Below are positions 27,834-52,890 of a stretch of DNA of 64,000 nucleotides, piece after piece. The DNA is taken from NCBI RefSeq assembly GCF_009914755.1, contig NC_060930.1; one strand, written 5' to 3'. The first letter of the stretch is position 1. Each line of letters starts with the position of its first letter. The DNA comes from the human T2T-CHM13v2.0 reference genome, Homo sapiens. Under the pieces are notes generated by a model. That model was not told the origin of the DNA, did not search any database, and saw only the letters and a list, made by a program, of their open reading frames with translations. A program made the translations under genes and the position numbers.

Positions 27834-28019
27834 GTAAATGACTACCTTTTTTGGCTACGTTCTTAGAAATGGCAGTGTTTCTGCTATTCCTAAACTTTTC
27901 CAGGTGGCTTAGTTAATGGGAATAAACCTTGGCTTTAATAGTGAATCAAGTTGTAAGGATGAGTCAGCTTTCTTTGAGTTTTCAAAGGCTTTTTAGAAAG
28001 TATTTAATTTTTTAAAAAA

Positions 28020-28282
28020 GGATCTGTCACCCAGGCTGGAGTGCAGTGGTGTGATTATAGCTCACTGTAGCCTTTAACTCCTGGCCTTGGAGTGATCCTC
28101 CCTCTTCAGCCTCCTGAGTAGCTTGGACTACAGGCAAGTACTGCCATACCTGGCTAATTTATTTTTTGTGGAGATGGGATCTCACTTTGTTGTCCAATCT
28201 GTTCTCAAACTCTTGGCTTCAAGTGAGCCTCCTGCCTCTGCCTCCCAAAATATTGGAATTATTGGCATGAGTCACCATGCCA
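28020..28282 (-). mobile_element. Diverged Alu (AluJ-like) in intron 5
   Basis: Antisense Alu consensus with many substitutions. Confidence 0.85.
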
Positions 28283-28350
28283 GATCAAGAAAATATTTAT
28301 GTATAATTTTATCATACCTCATTGGTCCTAATGTTTTTTTGCTTGTTTAG

Positions 28351-28437
28351 GTCCCTTTCTAGAGATAGGAGAAGAGAGAGATCGCTGTCTCGGGAGAGAA
28401 ATCACAAGCCGTCCCGATCCTTCTCTAGGTCTCGTAG
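28351..28437 (+). CDS. SRSF3: SRSF3 exon 6 (87 nt), RS domain
   Basis: (R)[28 protein letters not shown]; gtttag acceptor, AG|gtaaga donor. Confidence 0.97.
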
Positions 28438-28604
28438 GTAAGATCTTTGATAACTTGTATTTAAGACTTTGCATACATAGTATGCTAAGGCCTGTCTTCT
28501 AAGCCATAAATTTTTTACCTTAAAGTTCTATTTCGATATGTCACTAAAGTGTCACCAAGTTACAGATGTAATGTTTTGTTTTCTTTTTTTTTTTTTTTTT
28601 TTAG

Positions 28605-28632
28605 TCGATCTAGGTCAAATGAAAGGAAATAG
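28605..28632 (+). CDS. SRSF3: SRSF3 last exon coding part; total CDS 206+135+39+87+28=495 nt, 164 aa
   Basis: (S)RSRSNERK* ending TAG 28630-28632; long poly-T acceptor. Confidence 0.97.
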
Positions 28633-28914
28633 AAGACAGTTTGCAAGAGAAGTGGTGTACAGGAAATTACTTCATTTGACAGGAGTATGTACAGAAAATT
28701 CAAGTTTTGTTTGAGACTTCATAAGCTTGGTGCATTTTTAAGATGTTTTAGCTGTTCAAATCTGTTTGTCTCTTGAAACAGTGACACAAAGGTGTAATTC
28801 TCTATGGTTTGAAATGGATCATACGAGGCATGTAATACCAAGAATTGTTACTTTACAATGTTCCCTTAAGCAAAATTGAATTTGCTTTGAACTTTTAGTT
28901 ATGCACAGACTGAT

Positions 28915-28920
28915 AATAAA
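28915..28920 (+). terminator. SRSF3: Candidate poly(A) signal AATAAA (most proximal)
   Basis: AATAAA followed ~23 nt later by gtgtgttttttt. Confidence 0.6.
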
Positions 28921-29541
28921 CCTCTAAACCTGCCCAGCGGAAGTGTGTTTTTTTTTAAATTTAAATACAGAAACAACTGGCAAAAATTGAACTAAGATTT
29001 ACTTTTTTTTCCATAGCTGGGATATAGGCTGCAGCTATAGTTGAACAAGCAGTCTTTAAAAACTGCTGTGAAACACAGGCCATCAGGGAAAACGAAATGC
29101 TGCACTATTAAATTAGAGGTTTTTGAAAAATCCAACTCTCATCCTGGGCAGAGGTTGCCTAGTTGGTATAGAATGTTAAGTTTCAAGAAAGTTTACCTTT
29201 GCTTTAGGTCATAAGTTCCTTATTTGATTGCTGTATATGGATACATGGCTGTTCGTGACATTCTTTATGTGCAAATTTGTGATTTCAAAAATGTCCTGCC
29301 AGTTTAAGGGTACATTGTAGAGCCGAACTTTGAGTTACTGTGCAAGATTTTTTTTTCATGCTGTCATTTGTAATATGTTTTGTGAGAATCCTTGGGATTA
29401 AAGTTTTGGTTACAAATTGTTCTTTAACTTGAAAGCCTGTTTTTCCTTGCAAACTCAAATCTGTGAGCTTGGTACCAAGTCCAGGTATAACATTCCTATT
29501 GGAAGCCATACTTATATTTTCTTGTAAAGTGCTTTTGAATT

Positions 29542-29547
29542 AATAAA
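29542..29547 (+). terminator. SRSF3: Poly(A) signal AATAAA
   Basis: AATAAA with upstream TGTA/U-rich sequence and downstream tgtgt. Confidence 0.75.
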
Positions 29548-30585
29548 ATATTAGCATAATTGTGTATAGTCAGTTGAACCCACTGTTACCATTGTTCTTA
29601 TCCCATGGGAAGCAGTTGGTTACACGATTCTTATTTTATAAGAAACAGCTGAGAGGCACTATGGATTAGTCTTCTGAAGTGAAGGAAATATAGATGTCAC
29701 CTAAGTGATAGTTAACCCATTTTTTTTTTTTTAGGCATAGAAGCCAGTTCAGGGTCCATAATATTTAGTGACCAACATTTTAAAGTATAGCAGCAACCTG
29801 GTTCTTAAACACAAAGTAAGTTGCCCATTAACAAATGGCTTTTATCTTTAGCATGAAAACTTTCCACAGGTCTAAAAATTGCTTCCATTTTATAATTTGA
29901 GGTGTTGCATGGGAATTCTAAGCTGATCCATCATGATGTAAAAGTTCACAATATGGTTCAAATGTAACAGTGCAGAATTGAATATGGAGGCATGCATAAC
30001 CTTCCTCTTAGAAAATGGCAGGTGTTGTAATTTCAAATTTTTGTGCAATTAGATTAAATCATAATGCAACAGTCTTGTGGCTTAGTTTCCTTAAATATGC
30101 TCTTAAGATAGTTTTGGATTATGCGGTATTGACTGTCTTAAATATGAAAGATAAGTCATTGCATTAAGAGTTCAAGCTAAATGGATACATTAAGATACAG
30201 TTCCTAAACAAATTATTTATTTCCACCTTTTACACAAATCTTGGGAGAATTGGTGTCAGGAAGGTTCAGCCTTAAAGTTAAGCATGTTCAAGAAAGACAC
30301 TTTTCAGACAGCCTGTTTATTTACTGAGAGCTCTGGCATTGGGCATTTTGTCTTTAGTATTCTCACATAGCCTACAACCTGTTCCTGTTAGGAACAAGCC
30401 AAGATAGCTAAGAAGTTACGGAAGCCATGCAATATGTCAATTACATTGCTTTTTATAAATGGACAACTTATGTGGGCATTTTTGGGCAGTATATGACTTC
30501 CTTGCAGGCTCTTAAGTTGGAAGGGTTTCTGTAAAAAGGACAGTTACGGGTATAATATGGCTAAGAGAAATAATACAGAACCTGA

Positions 30586-30591
30586 AATAAA
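30586..30591 (+). terminator. SRSF3: Candidate distal poly(A) signal
   Basis: AATAAA hexamer only. Confidence 0.35.
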
Positions 30592-30963
30592 AGTAACTTC
30601 ACCAGGGAGTTATCCTGACTTAGGTGACATACAGTCCCAGTTGGCAGTTACTTTAACCAGGAGCCCTAGCATAACCTCAAGACTCTTAGAAACTTTAGAA
30701 CATGGAAATTGTTAAAAGCTTTGAATTGCACATTTAGATTGTGGCTATTAGGAATTTTTAAAGTTGTAATTCCTAAAATAACAGGTCACACTAACCGGTC
30801 TTGTCCATATTCAGGGTTGAGTGTAAAAATGAAAGGAATCACAAAACTGAACTTAGACCTGTGGTTTAAGGATCAAGGTGTTCACTAGAAGTCACTGTTA
30901 CTAATACTTGATGACAATGTAAAGAAACATTAAGGATTATATTTGATTGTTTTCAAAGACACT

Positions 30964-35610
<4,647 letters not shown>

Positions 35611-35829
35611 AAGCTCTCTACAGCAGCTGGCAGTCTATTGACCTGGAAGAAAGCTCCATTCCTTTCCTCAAGTAATTTTGATTAATTCTCAACAGAAGTG
35701 GGTGGAAGGAAAGGTTTTTACTTACTCTGTCATCCAAGACTGGTACCTGAGCCACTGCCAGCTCTTGGGTATGACAGCAGTTGACAGGAATAAAATGATT
35801 CAAAAGGGTGTTAGTAGTAAGGTTAATGT

Positions 35830-36330
35830 GATCATCTCCATTTATTGAGGAAGAGATTTAAGTTCGGAGGGGCTTGGCAAGTTGTCTAACTTCGCAGCCC
35901 AGTGGTAATGGAGCTGAAACTATAAACTTGGTTACAGGACCAGGTGTAGATAAACTGGAAAGGGCTTCAGAGTCGATAGTCCAAATTCTTATTAGTTTAG
36001 AGATAAGAAAGTGGATTTGTTCAAGGTCACACAGGGACACAGTGGCAGAGCAGGGCTCTGGTGCCTCAACAGCAAATCCAGGGCTTGTTATAGGGAGCAG
36101 TGTAACGTTAAGGCCGTCAGGCTTGGAAATAGCAGCCCAGATTTGAATCCTTGCTTCCTTACAGCTCTGTGGCTTTGGGCCAATTGTGTAATGTCTGGGA
36201 TTTCATTTTTTTCATCTTTAAAATGGTGATAATAGGAAGCACCTATCCCCTATTGTTAATATCAAGAATATAGTGTAATGCAAGTAAAGCACTCAGCACA
36301 GAGCATAGCACACTGCTCAGTAAATAATAG
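35830..36330. mobile_element. MIR fragments
   Basis: gtggatttgttcaaggtcacacag; ttgaatcct..tgtggctttgggc..catctttaaaatggtgataata. Confidence 0.6.
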
Positions 36331-36836
36331 GTGTTCTGTGCAGGCTTGTGTTGGCATGCAGTAAGCACTCAGGTAATGGCTTAAGAAAGGCCCCTTTGGG
36401 TGCTGGGCAGGCAGAAATTACCCTAATTTGCCTGCTGTGAGTGTGCTTCCGCTGACCTTGCTCCTCCTCAACCACTTTTGAATCTGTCCAATTTCGAAGA
36501 GTGCGGAAGGGGGACTACTGAGTTGAATGGTCCAAGGTCAAGAGGGACATTTGTGGATAAGGGAGTATGGGCATATGTTAAGAAAGGGGATTCTGAAGGG
36601 ATAGGTAGGTAGGAAAGATGGTGTGGGTTAAAACTGCTAGATAGCTGTTTTAAAATAGGTTTTCAAATTAGGCTTTCTTGAGTTCAAATTTTTTTTTTTT
36701 TTTTGGCTGTGTGCTGAGGGCAAGTCACTTTCTTAGTTCCCTTGTTTGAAAAGTTGGGGGATAACAATATACTTCACAGGGTATTCATGGTGTTTTCTCT
36801 CCCCTTTGCTGCACATTGGAATCACGGGGAGCTTTA

Positions 36837-37049
<213 letters not shown>

Positions 37050-37194
37050 CTAAGGCAGGAGAATTACTTAAACCTGGGAGGCAGAGGTTGCAGTGAGCTG
37101 AGATCGCGCCACTGCACTACGGCCTGGGCAGTCAAGATTAAAGTCTGTTTCTGATACCACAGAAGTGCAGTTTGTCACTTTGACCCAGTATGTC

Positions 37195-37585
37195 TTAAGG
37201 AAGAAAAACACCTTTTAATCTGAGGAATGTGATTCCTTTTAAATTATTAGGGCCAGAGAGGCATTTAACAGCAGTCCTGTCTTCACTCCCTCCTTGAGCT
37301 AAATAATTACCTCTTGAAGTCACTTGCCATGTGGGTTCTAGACTGTGATGCCAAGTAGCCATAAAATGCCATTGTCCTGTAATTCAACAGTGGATAGCCA
37401 ATCACTAACCAGTGTTATTTCTGTAAACCAATGAGAATTCCTGACGAACAACTTTTGTAATCACCCGTCTTCTGATTCATCCTTTTTTCTGTAAAAAGTT
37501 GAGCCTGTCCTTTGGAATACTCTCCAAGGCAACCTGGAAGTGTCTCAGGCTGCAGTCTTCAACCTTGGCCCAAATAAGCTACCTT
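37195..37585 (+). mobile_element. ERV1-type solo LTR (MER4/MER34 group; subfamily uncertain)
   Basis: aatctgaggaatgtgattccttttaaattat, tagccaatcactaacc, tgtaaaccaatgagaattcctgac, tcttcaaccttggcccaaataa. Confidence 0.55.
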
Positions 37586-38599
37586 GACCTGCTGTTTGCC
37601 TTTTTACCCTAATTCCCCCCAGGCATCCCTAGATAGGGAAACAAGCCACATCTCTGCCCTCAGCCTGGGACCCTGCTTCCTGATGATACCTGCCCATCCC
37701 TGTTTTTTCTCCATAAACTTGCTGGGAAAGGTGCCCTGGTTCTGTTTCTCTAGAGGCTGTGGTGCCAGACTGGAAACTACCAGTTTCCTGGGCATGTGCC
37801 TTGGTGTCACCGAACAGCCAGATGAGACTTGTCACCAGAAAATGCTTTCCTTTGCTCCTTTATTAAACACACTCATATTGCCAGTACTGGGGATATCCCC
37901 TGAGCAAGGTGTAGGAGAGCAAAAGTAGACAACCAGATAGGAAGAAAACTGAAGTGGAATAAATAGATGCCAGGCACATGAATGGTGCTTTTTTTCATCA
38001 ACCTTGTGACGTTGGAATTATCTCCCATTACTCAAGAAGCTCAGAGAGGACAAGTGGTCTTGACTTATCAGACATGGGCCCCTTTTTTGTTAAAAAAAAA
38101 AAAAAAAATTGGTAATGACCCTTGACTCTTCTGAAGTGAGATCCATTTTCTATATGGATTATAGAAATGCAAAGCCTTAACAATAATATAAAAATACAAG
38201 AAAAGCAGTTTATAAAATAAACGTTCTGTATGTAAATATCAGATATGAGTGTGCTATAAGATGTAAGTCAGGTTGGGCATGGTGGCTCAGGCCTGTAATC
38301 CTAGCACTTTGGGAGGCCGAGGTGGGCGGATCATCTGAGGTCAGTAGTTTGAGATCAGCCTAGCCAACATGGCAAAACACCGTCTCTACTAAAAATACAA
38401 AAATTAGCCGGACATGATGGTGGACACCTGTAATCCCAGCTACTTGGGAGGCCAAGGCAGGAGAGAATTGCTTGAAGCCAGGAGGCACAGGTTGCAGTGA
38501 ACCAAGATCACACCATTACACTCCAGTCTGGGTGACAGAGCAGGACTCTGTCTCAAAAACAAAAACAAAAACAAAGACCAACAGCAACAACAAAAAAAC

Positions 38600-41147
<2,548 letters not shown>

Positions 41148-41199
41148 TATGTGAAATGTGCACATAATGTTTTCTTGTGCTAAGTTCCCCAGCTTTTGA

Positions 41200-47241
<6,042 letters not shown>

Positions 47242-48562
47242 TCACGTAGATTTTGGGCAAATTGTTTTCCAAAATCTGTTAGCATAATTCTACAGAATGT
47301 CAAAAAGATAAAGACATCCACCAGTAAACCCTAATTGTTTGATGGTTGTAAGTAGTCACTTGAGATGTGACCGCAATAGGGGCCTGCCCATGGGGAAGGT
47401 GGCATACCCACCCATCTCCTGTGCCAACATGGCGTCCCTATCTCCTGGTAGCCCTGAGGCGAGGGTCAGGTGAAGGAAGTTGGGATCATCATTTACTCAG
47501 TTTGCCTATCTGTAGAAAGGGGGTATTTGGGCTGAAGGTGGCCTGTAACTCACAGGATGATCTGTCCCCTCTTCACACTGCACCCTGCAGTGAGGGGAGC
47601 AATGACTGAGTCAACCACTGCTTTAGGCAGCGGGGGTCCTTGATAAGGAGATAAGTTTGCCACACTGGGACTGATGGTCCTCAAGTTCTTTTCCAGCACC
47701 GATATTCTAAGATTCGGTGACTCCAGAAAAGCAATAAGGCCGTTGTGAGGAGGGCAGATCCAGAGGATGATCTTCCTGGAGGGGAGGGGAAAATGTTCAG
47801 TGCATACAGTGGGTAATGGTTCATCTGAGGTGGCATCAGACTGTACAACAAGCAGGGATTGTTCTGCAGGGTTCAGGCGACTGTTAGTATTTGATCAAGA
47901 TTGGAATAGTCTCCTAAAACCTACTTGATCCTCACAGAAAAGTTCCTATCCCCATTGTGCAGATGTGGAAACTGAAGGTTAGAGATAGAAAGTTAGACCC
48001 TAGGGTGAGGCAATGGATGGCTAGGACTAGAACCCAAGGCAGGCTCCTAGGGCTCCTGCTTTTCCAGCACGCATCTACCATGCATATGTGCTACTACCAG
48101 GCCTGGCGCTAGGATTCACATCACTTTAGAGGCTGCTTGGTGAACATGGGCACCCACAAAAGCCCTGGAGAAGGCAGGTTCTTTCTCAGGAATGGCCAGT
48201 GGGTGTGAAGATCACAGTGTGGGAGAAAGATCAAGGAGGACTGAGGGCCACCCGACCAGGAATCATCTCCAGCAGCCTGTGGGTGACCGCTCGTCATCCA
48301 GATCAGCATCAGGAAGGTTCTGCACAACACCTCTAGGGAACACATGGGGATCGAGGTCCTGTGGCCGTCTTGGGGTCTGAAGATCTAGATTTAGCTTCTG
48401 GCAGTATCATGATGCAAACCTGGGCAAGTTGTTTTGTTCCCTGGACCTTGGTCTCTTCATCAGTGAAATGGAACTAATTATATTACCTCATAGGGCTATT
48501 ATAAGGCCTAATAAAAAAAAAAAAGAAAGCATCCATAAACAATGTTTACTGAGCACTAGTAG

Positions 48563-48814
<252 letters not shown>

Positions 48815-49004
48815 TAGCTAGGATGGTCTCGATCTCCTGATTTCATGATCTGCCTGCCTCGGCCTCCCAAAGTGCTGGGATTACAGGCGTGAGCCACCGC
48901 ACCTAGCCCACAACAAATTTTAGAGAGTAGGTACTATTGCTGTCCCCATTTTAGGAAACACAGAAGTTGGTTCCAGCCACAAGGAAGTGGCTTCATCCAT
49001 CATC

Positions 49005-49123
49005 AAGAAGTTGATTCCAGCCCACGTGGATGGCTTTGAGGAGTTCAAGACTTTAGTGGAGGAAGTGATGAAAGATGTGGTGGAAATAGCAAGAGAACTA
49101 AAACTGGAGTCTGGAGATGTGAC
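49005..49123 (+). mobile_element. Isolated Tigger1 internal fragment
   Basis: Aligns to 39938-40057; translates KKLIPAHVDGFEEFKTLVEEVMKDVVEIAREL. Confidence 0.85.
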
Positions 49124-49156
49124 AGGCTCCACTTTCAGTTCTCTTGCTATTCCCAC
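49080..49156 (-). ncRNA. MIR3925: microRNA precursor mir-3925 (77-nt hairpin; 5p ~49145-49124, 3p ~49110-49090)
   Basis: gtggaaatagcaagagaactaaaactggag pairs with ctccactttcagttctcttgctattcccac; the - strand reads AAGAGAACUGAAAGUGGAGCCU, which I recall as miR-3925-5p; position downstream of SRSF3 fits. Confidence 0.85.
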
Positions 49157-50401
49157 ATGACCATGGTCCAGGATCCTGAGTTTATGTTCAGGAAATAAGA
49201 CTCAGCGAAAACTTGCAGTCACTTTCATAATCATTAATGCAGAGATTCTCAATAAATTCTTAAGGCTCCACCACGCTCCAACATAAAGTAACACATTCAG
49301 TTTGTTACAGAAATGGTAATAAGGCAACACTATGCAATACTATGTGTACAATGCAGCACTTTGCAGTACCAAAATCCATGCCTACAAAGCACTGCACAAG
49401 AACACATACAAATAAAGGATATAGTAGAATGGCTGCCTGTGGGGTGGGGGCATGGAAATGACAATGGAGTGAGGGGGGAATACATGAAGCAAGAGGTGAC
49501 TAGTCAGGACCAATGATGACAGCCAGCCATCACCTGGGGAATAGGAGGGACTCATCCCACTGCACCTGAGGACTAAAAATAAAATGGAATGGAAACAAGA
49601 CCCTGGGTGAAATCACTCGGCCTGAAATACACTGGCCCTGGGCTCAAAGAGGAAAGGTGGGGACACATCCTGGGCTGCCTCATCAAACCAGGAGCCTGCA
49701 AGAGCATCCCTGTGTGTGTGTGGAGGGGGTGAGGACAAAGGGAGGGTCAACCACACCCAGTTCTGTGAGCTCAAACACCAGACTAAAGGCCACAGGCAGA
49801 CCCTCCAAGGCCTCAGGGAAGGAGTGAAGAGAAAGGCCTGGGTGGTCAGTGTCAGAGGCGGCACAGTCACATGCTGTCATGCCTATTTCACCAAGGTTTA
49901 GCCAAATGCACTATTAGGGTGTCAAGAAAATATGGATATAGGGCAACAATCCTGTGATTGTATGATGACTGTAGGCTTGATCATCATAAGGGTCCTGCCA
50001 TATGCTGGTCCAGTTGGCACACCCACCCATCTCCTGTGCCAGTGGAGTGTGCCTGTGAAACAGCAGTCAGCTCTTCTGGTGGCCCTGAGGATCGGGGTGA
50101 AGGAAGAGTGGATCTTCATTTAGTTAGTTTGCCCCTCTGCAGGAGGAGGGGAGTTGGATACAGACCTCTCCTAACAACCCGCCTGGCTACTGGAACCTTC
50201 CTGAGAAATGTGGTTAACCTCTGGGCGCAGAGCCAGCAGTTCTAGGCTCCCGTCACAAGGGGGCAGGATGGGGAAGAAAACAGGTTCTCAATTCCAGGCC
50301 TTGGACCTGTCAGGTTTGCTGGCAGGGGCAGGAAGGAGGGTGGGGTCGGGAGTGTGTGGTGGTTGATGAGGGATCCAACCATCGTTCCGCAAGAGCGGCT
50401 T

Positions 50402-51590
50402 GTTTATTAAACATGAAATGAGGGAAAAGCCTAGTAGCTCCATTGGATTGGGAAGAATGGCAAAGAGAGACAGGCGTCATTTTCTAGAAAGCAATCTTCA
50501 CACCTGTTGGTCCTCACCCATTGAATGTCCTCACCCAATCTCCAACACAGAAATGAGTGACTGTGTGTGCACATGCGTGTGCATGTGTGAAAGTATGAGT
50601 GTGAATGTGTCTATATGGGAACATATATGTGATTGTATGTGTGTAACTATGTGTGACTGGCAGCGTGGGGAGTGCTGGTTGGAGTGTGGTGTGATGTGAG
50701 TATGCATGAGTGGCTGTGTGTATGACTGTGGCGGGAGGCGGAAGGGGAGAAGCAGCAGGCTCAGGTGTCGCCAGAGAGGCTGGGAGGAAACTATAAACCT
50801 GGGCAATTTCCTCCTCATCAGCGAGCCTTTCTTGGGCAATAGGGGCAGAGCTCAAAGTTCACAGAGATAGTGCCTGGGAGGCATGAGGCAAGGCGGAAGT
50901 ACTGCGAGGAGGGGCAGAGGGTCTGACACTTGAGGGGTTCTAATGGGAAAGGAAAGACCCACACTGAATTCCACTTAGCCCCAGACCCTGGGCCCAGCGG
51001 TGCCGGCTTCCAACCATACCAACCATTTCCAAGTGTTGCCGGCAGAAGTTAACCTCTCTTAGCCTCAGTTTCCCCACCTGTAAAATGGCAGAAGTAACCA
51101 AGCTTACCTTCCCGGCAGTGTGTGAGGATGAAAAGAGCTATGTACGTGATGCACTTAGAAGAAGGTCTAGGGTGTGAGTGGTACTCGTCTGGTGGGTGTG
51201 GAGAAGACATTCTAGGCAATGAGGACTGGGGAGAGCCTGGCCCATGGCTTCCACTCAGCAAGGTCAGTCTCTTGTCCTCTGCACTCCCAGCCTTCCAGAG
51301 AGGACCTTCCCAACCAGCACTCCCCACGCTGCCAGTCACACATAGTTACACACATACAATCACATATATGTTCCCATATAGACACATTCACACTCATACC
51401 TTCACACATGCACACGCATGTGCACACACAGTCACTCATTTCTGTGTTGGAGATTGGGTGAGGACATTCAATGGGTGAGGACCAACAGGTGTGAAGATTG
51501 CTTTCTAGAAAATGACTCCTGTCTCTCTTTGCCATTCTTCCCAATCCGATGGAGCTACTAGGCTTTTCCCTCATTTCATGTTTAATAAAC
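50402..51590. repeat. Long inverted repeat: arms 50402-50682 and 51310-51590 (281 bp, 3 mismatches seen), spacer 627 bp
   Basis: Manual alignment; mirrored ORFs 50400-50699(+)/51212-51856(-) and 50514-50855(-)/51122-51478(+). Confidence 0.97.
51048..51185 (+). mobile_element. MIR fragment within the spacer
   Basis: ttaacctctcttagcctcagtttccccacctgtaaaatgg..gtgtgaggatgaaa..gcacttagaa. Confidence 0.75.
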
Positions 51591-52605
51591 CTTCCCAATG
51601 GCGAAATGGGCTTTCTCAAGAAGTGGTGAGTGTCCCATCCCTGCGGTGGGGACAGGGGTGGCAGCGGACAAGCCTGCCTGGAGGGAACTGTCAGGCTGAT
51701 TCCCAGTCCAACTCCAGCTTCCAACACCTCATCCTCCAGGCAGTCTTCATTCTTGGCTCTAATTTCGCTCTTGTTTTCTTTTTTATTTTTATCGAGAACT
51801 GGGTGGAGAGCTTTTGGTGTCATTGGGGATTGCTTTGAAACCCTTCTCTGCCTCACACTGGGAGCTGGCTTGAGTCAACTGGTCTCCATGGAATTTCTTT
51901 TTTTAGTGTGTAAACAGCTAAGTTTTAGGCAGCTGTTGTGCCGTCCAGGGTGGAAAGCAGCCTGTTGATGTGGAACTGCTTGGCTCAGATTTCTTGGGCA
52001 AACAGATGCCGTGTCTCTCAACTCACCAATTAAGAAGCCCAGAAAATGTGGCTTGGAGACCACATGTCTGGTTATGTCTAGTAATTCAGATGGCTTCACC
52101 TGGGAAGCCCTTTCTGAATGTCAAAGCCATGAGATAAAGGACATATATATAGTAGCTAGGGTGGTCCACTTCTTAGGGGCCATCTCCGGAGGTGGTGAGC
52201 ACTAAGTGCCAGGAAGAGAGGAAACTCTGTTTTGGAGCCAAAGCATAAAAAAACCTTAGCCACAAACCACTGAACATTTGTTTTGTGCAGGTTCTGAGTC
52301 CAGGGAGGGCTTCTGAGGAGAGGGGCAGCTGGAGCTGGTAGGAGTTATGTGAGATGGAGCAAGGGCCCTTTAAGAGGTGGGAGCAGCATGAGCAAAGGCA
52401 GAGAGGTGGTAATGTATAAGGTATGTCATGGGAAAGAGTTTGGCTGGAACAGAGTTTACAGAATAGAAAAATTCAACACTATTAATTGAGCCTCTACTAC
52501 GTGCTCGACATTGTTCTAGTCACTGAGATAGGTTTGGTATACAAAACAAAATCCATCCTCTATGGACATTTTAGTGACTAACAACAATATAAATAATAAA
52601 AGTGA

Positions 52606-52890
<285 letters not shown>

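Larger units (their letters stand above)
28633..29570 (+). other. SRSF3: SRSF3 3' UTR (proximal form; longer forms likely extend to ~31-32 kb)
   Basis: AT-rich, repeat-free sequence after the stop codon up to AATAAA 29542. Confidence 0.75.

Noticed and set aside
51212-51856. 214-aa ORF and its mirrored partners
   Set aside because: Non-ATG start, low-complexity TG/CA translation; the duplication is explained by the inverted repeat.
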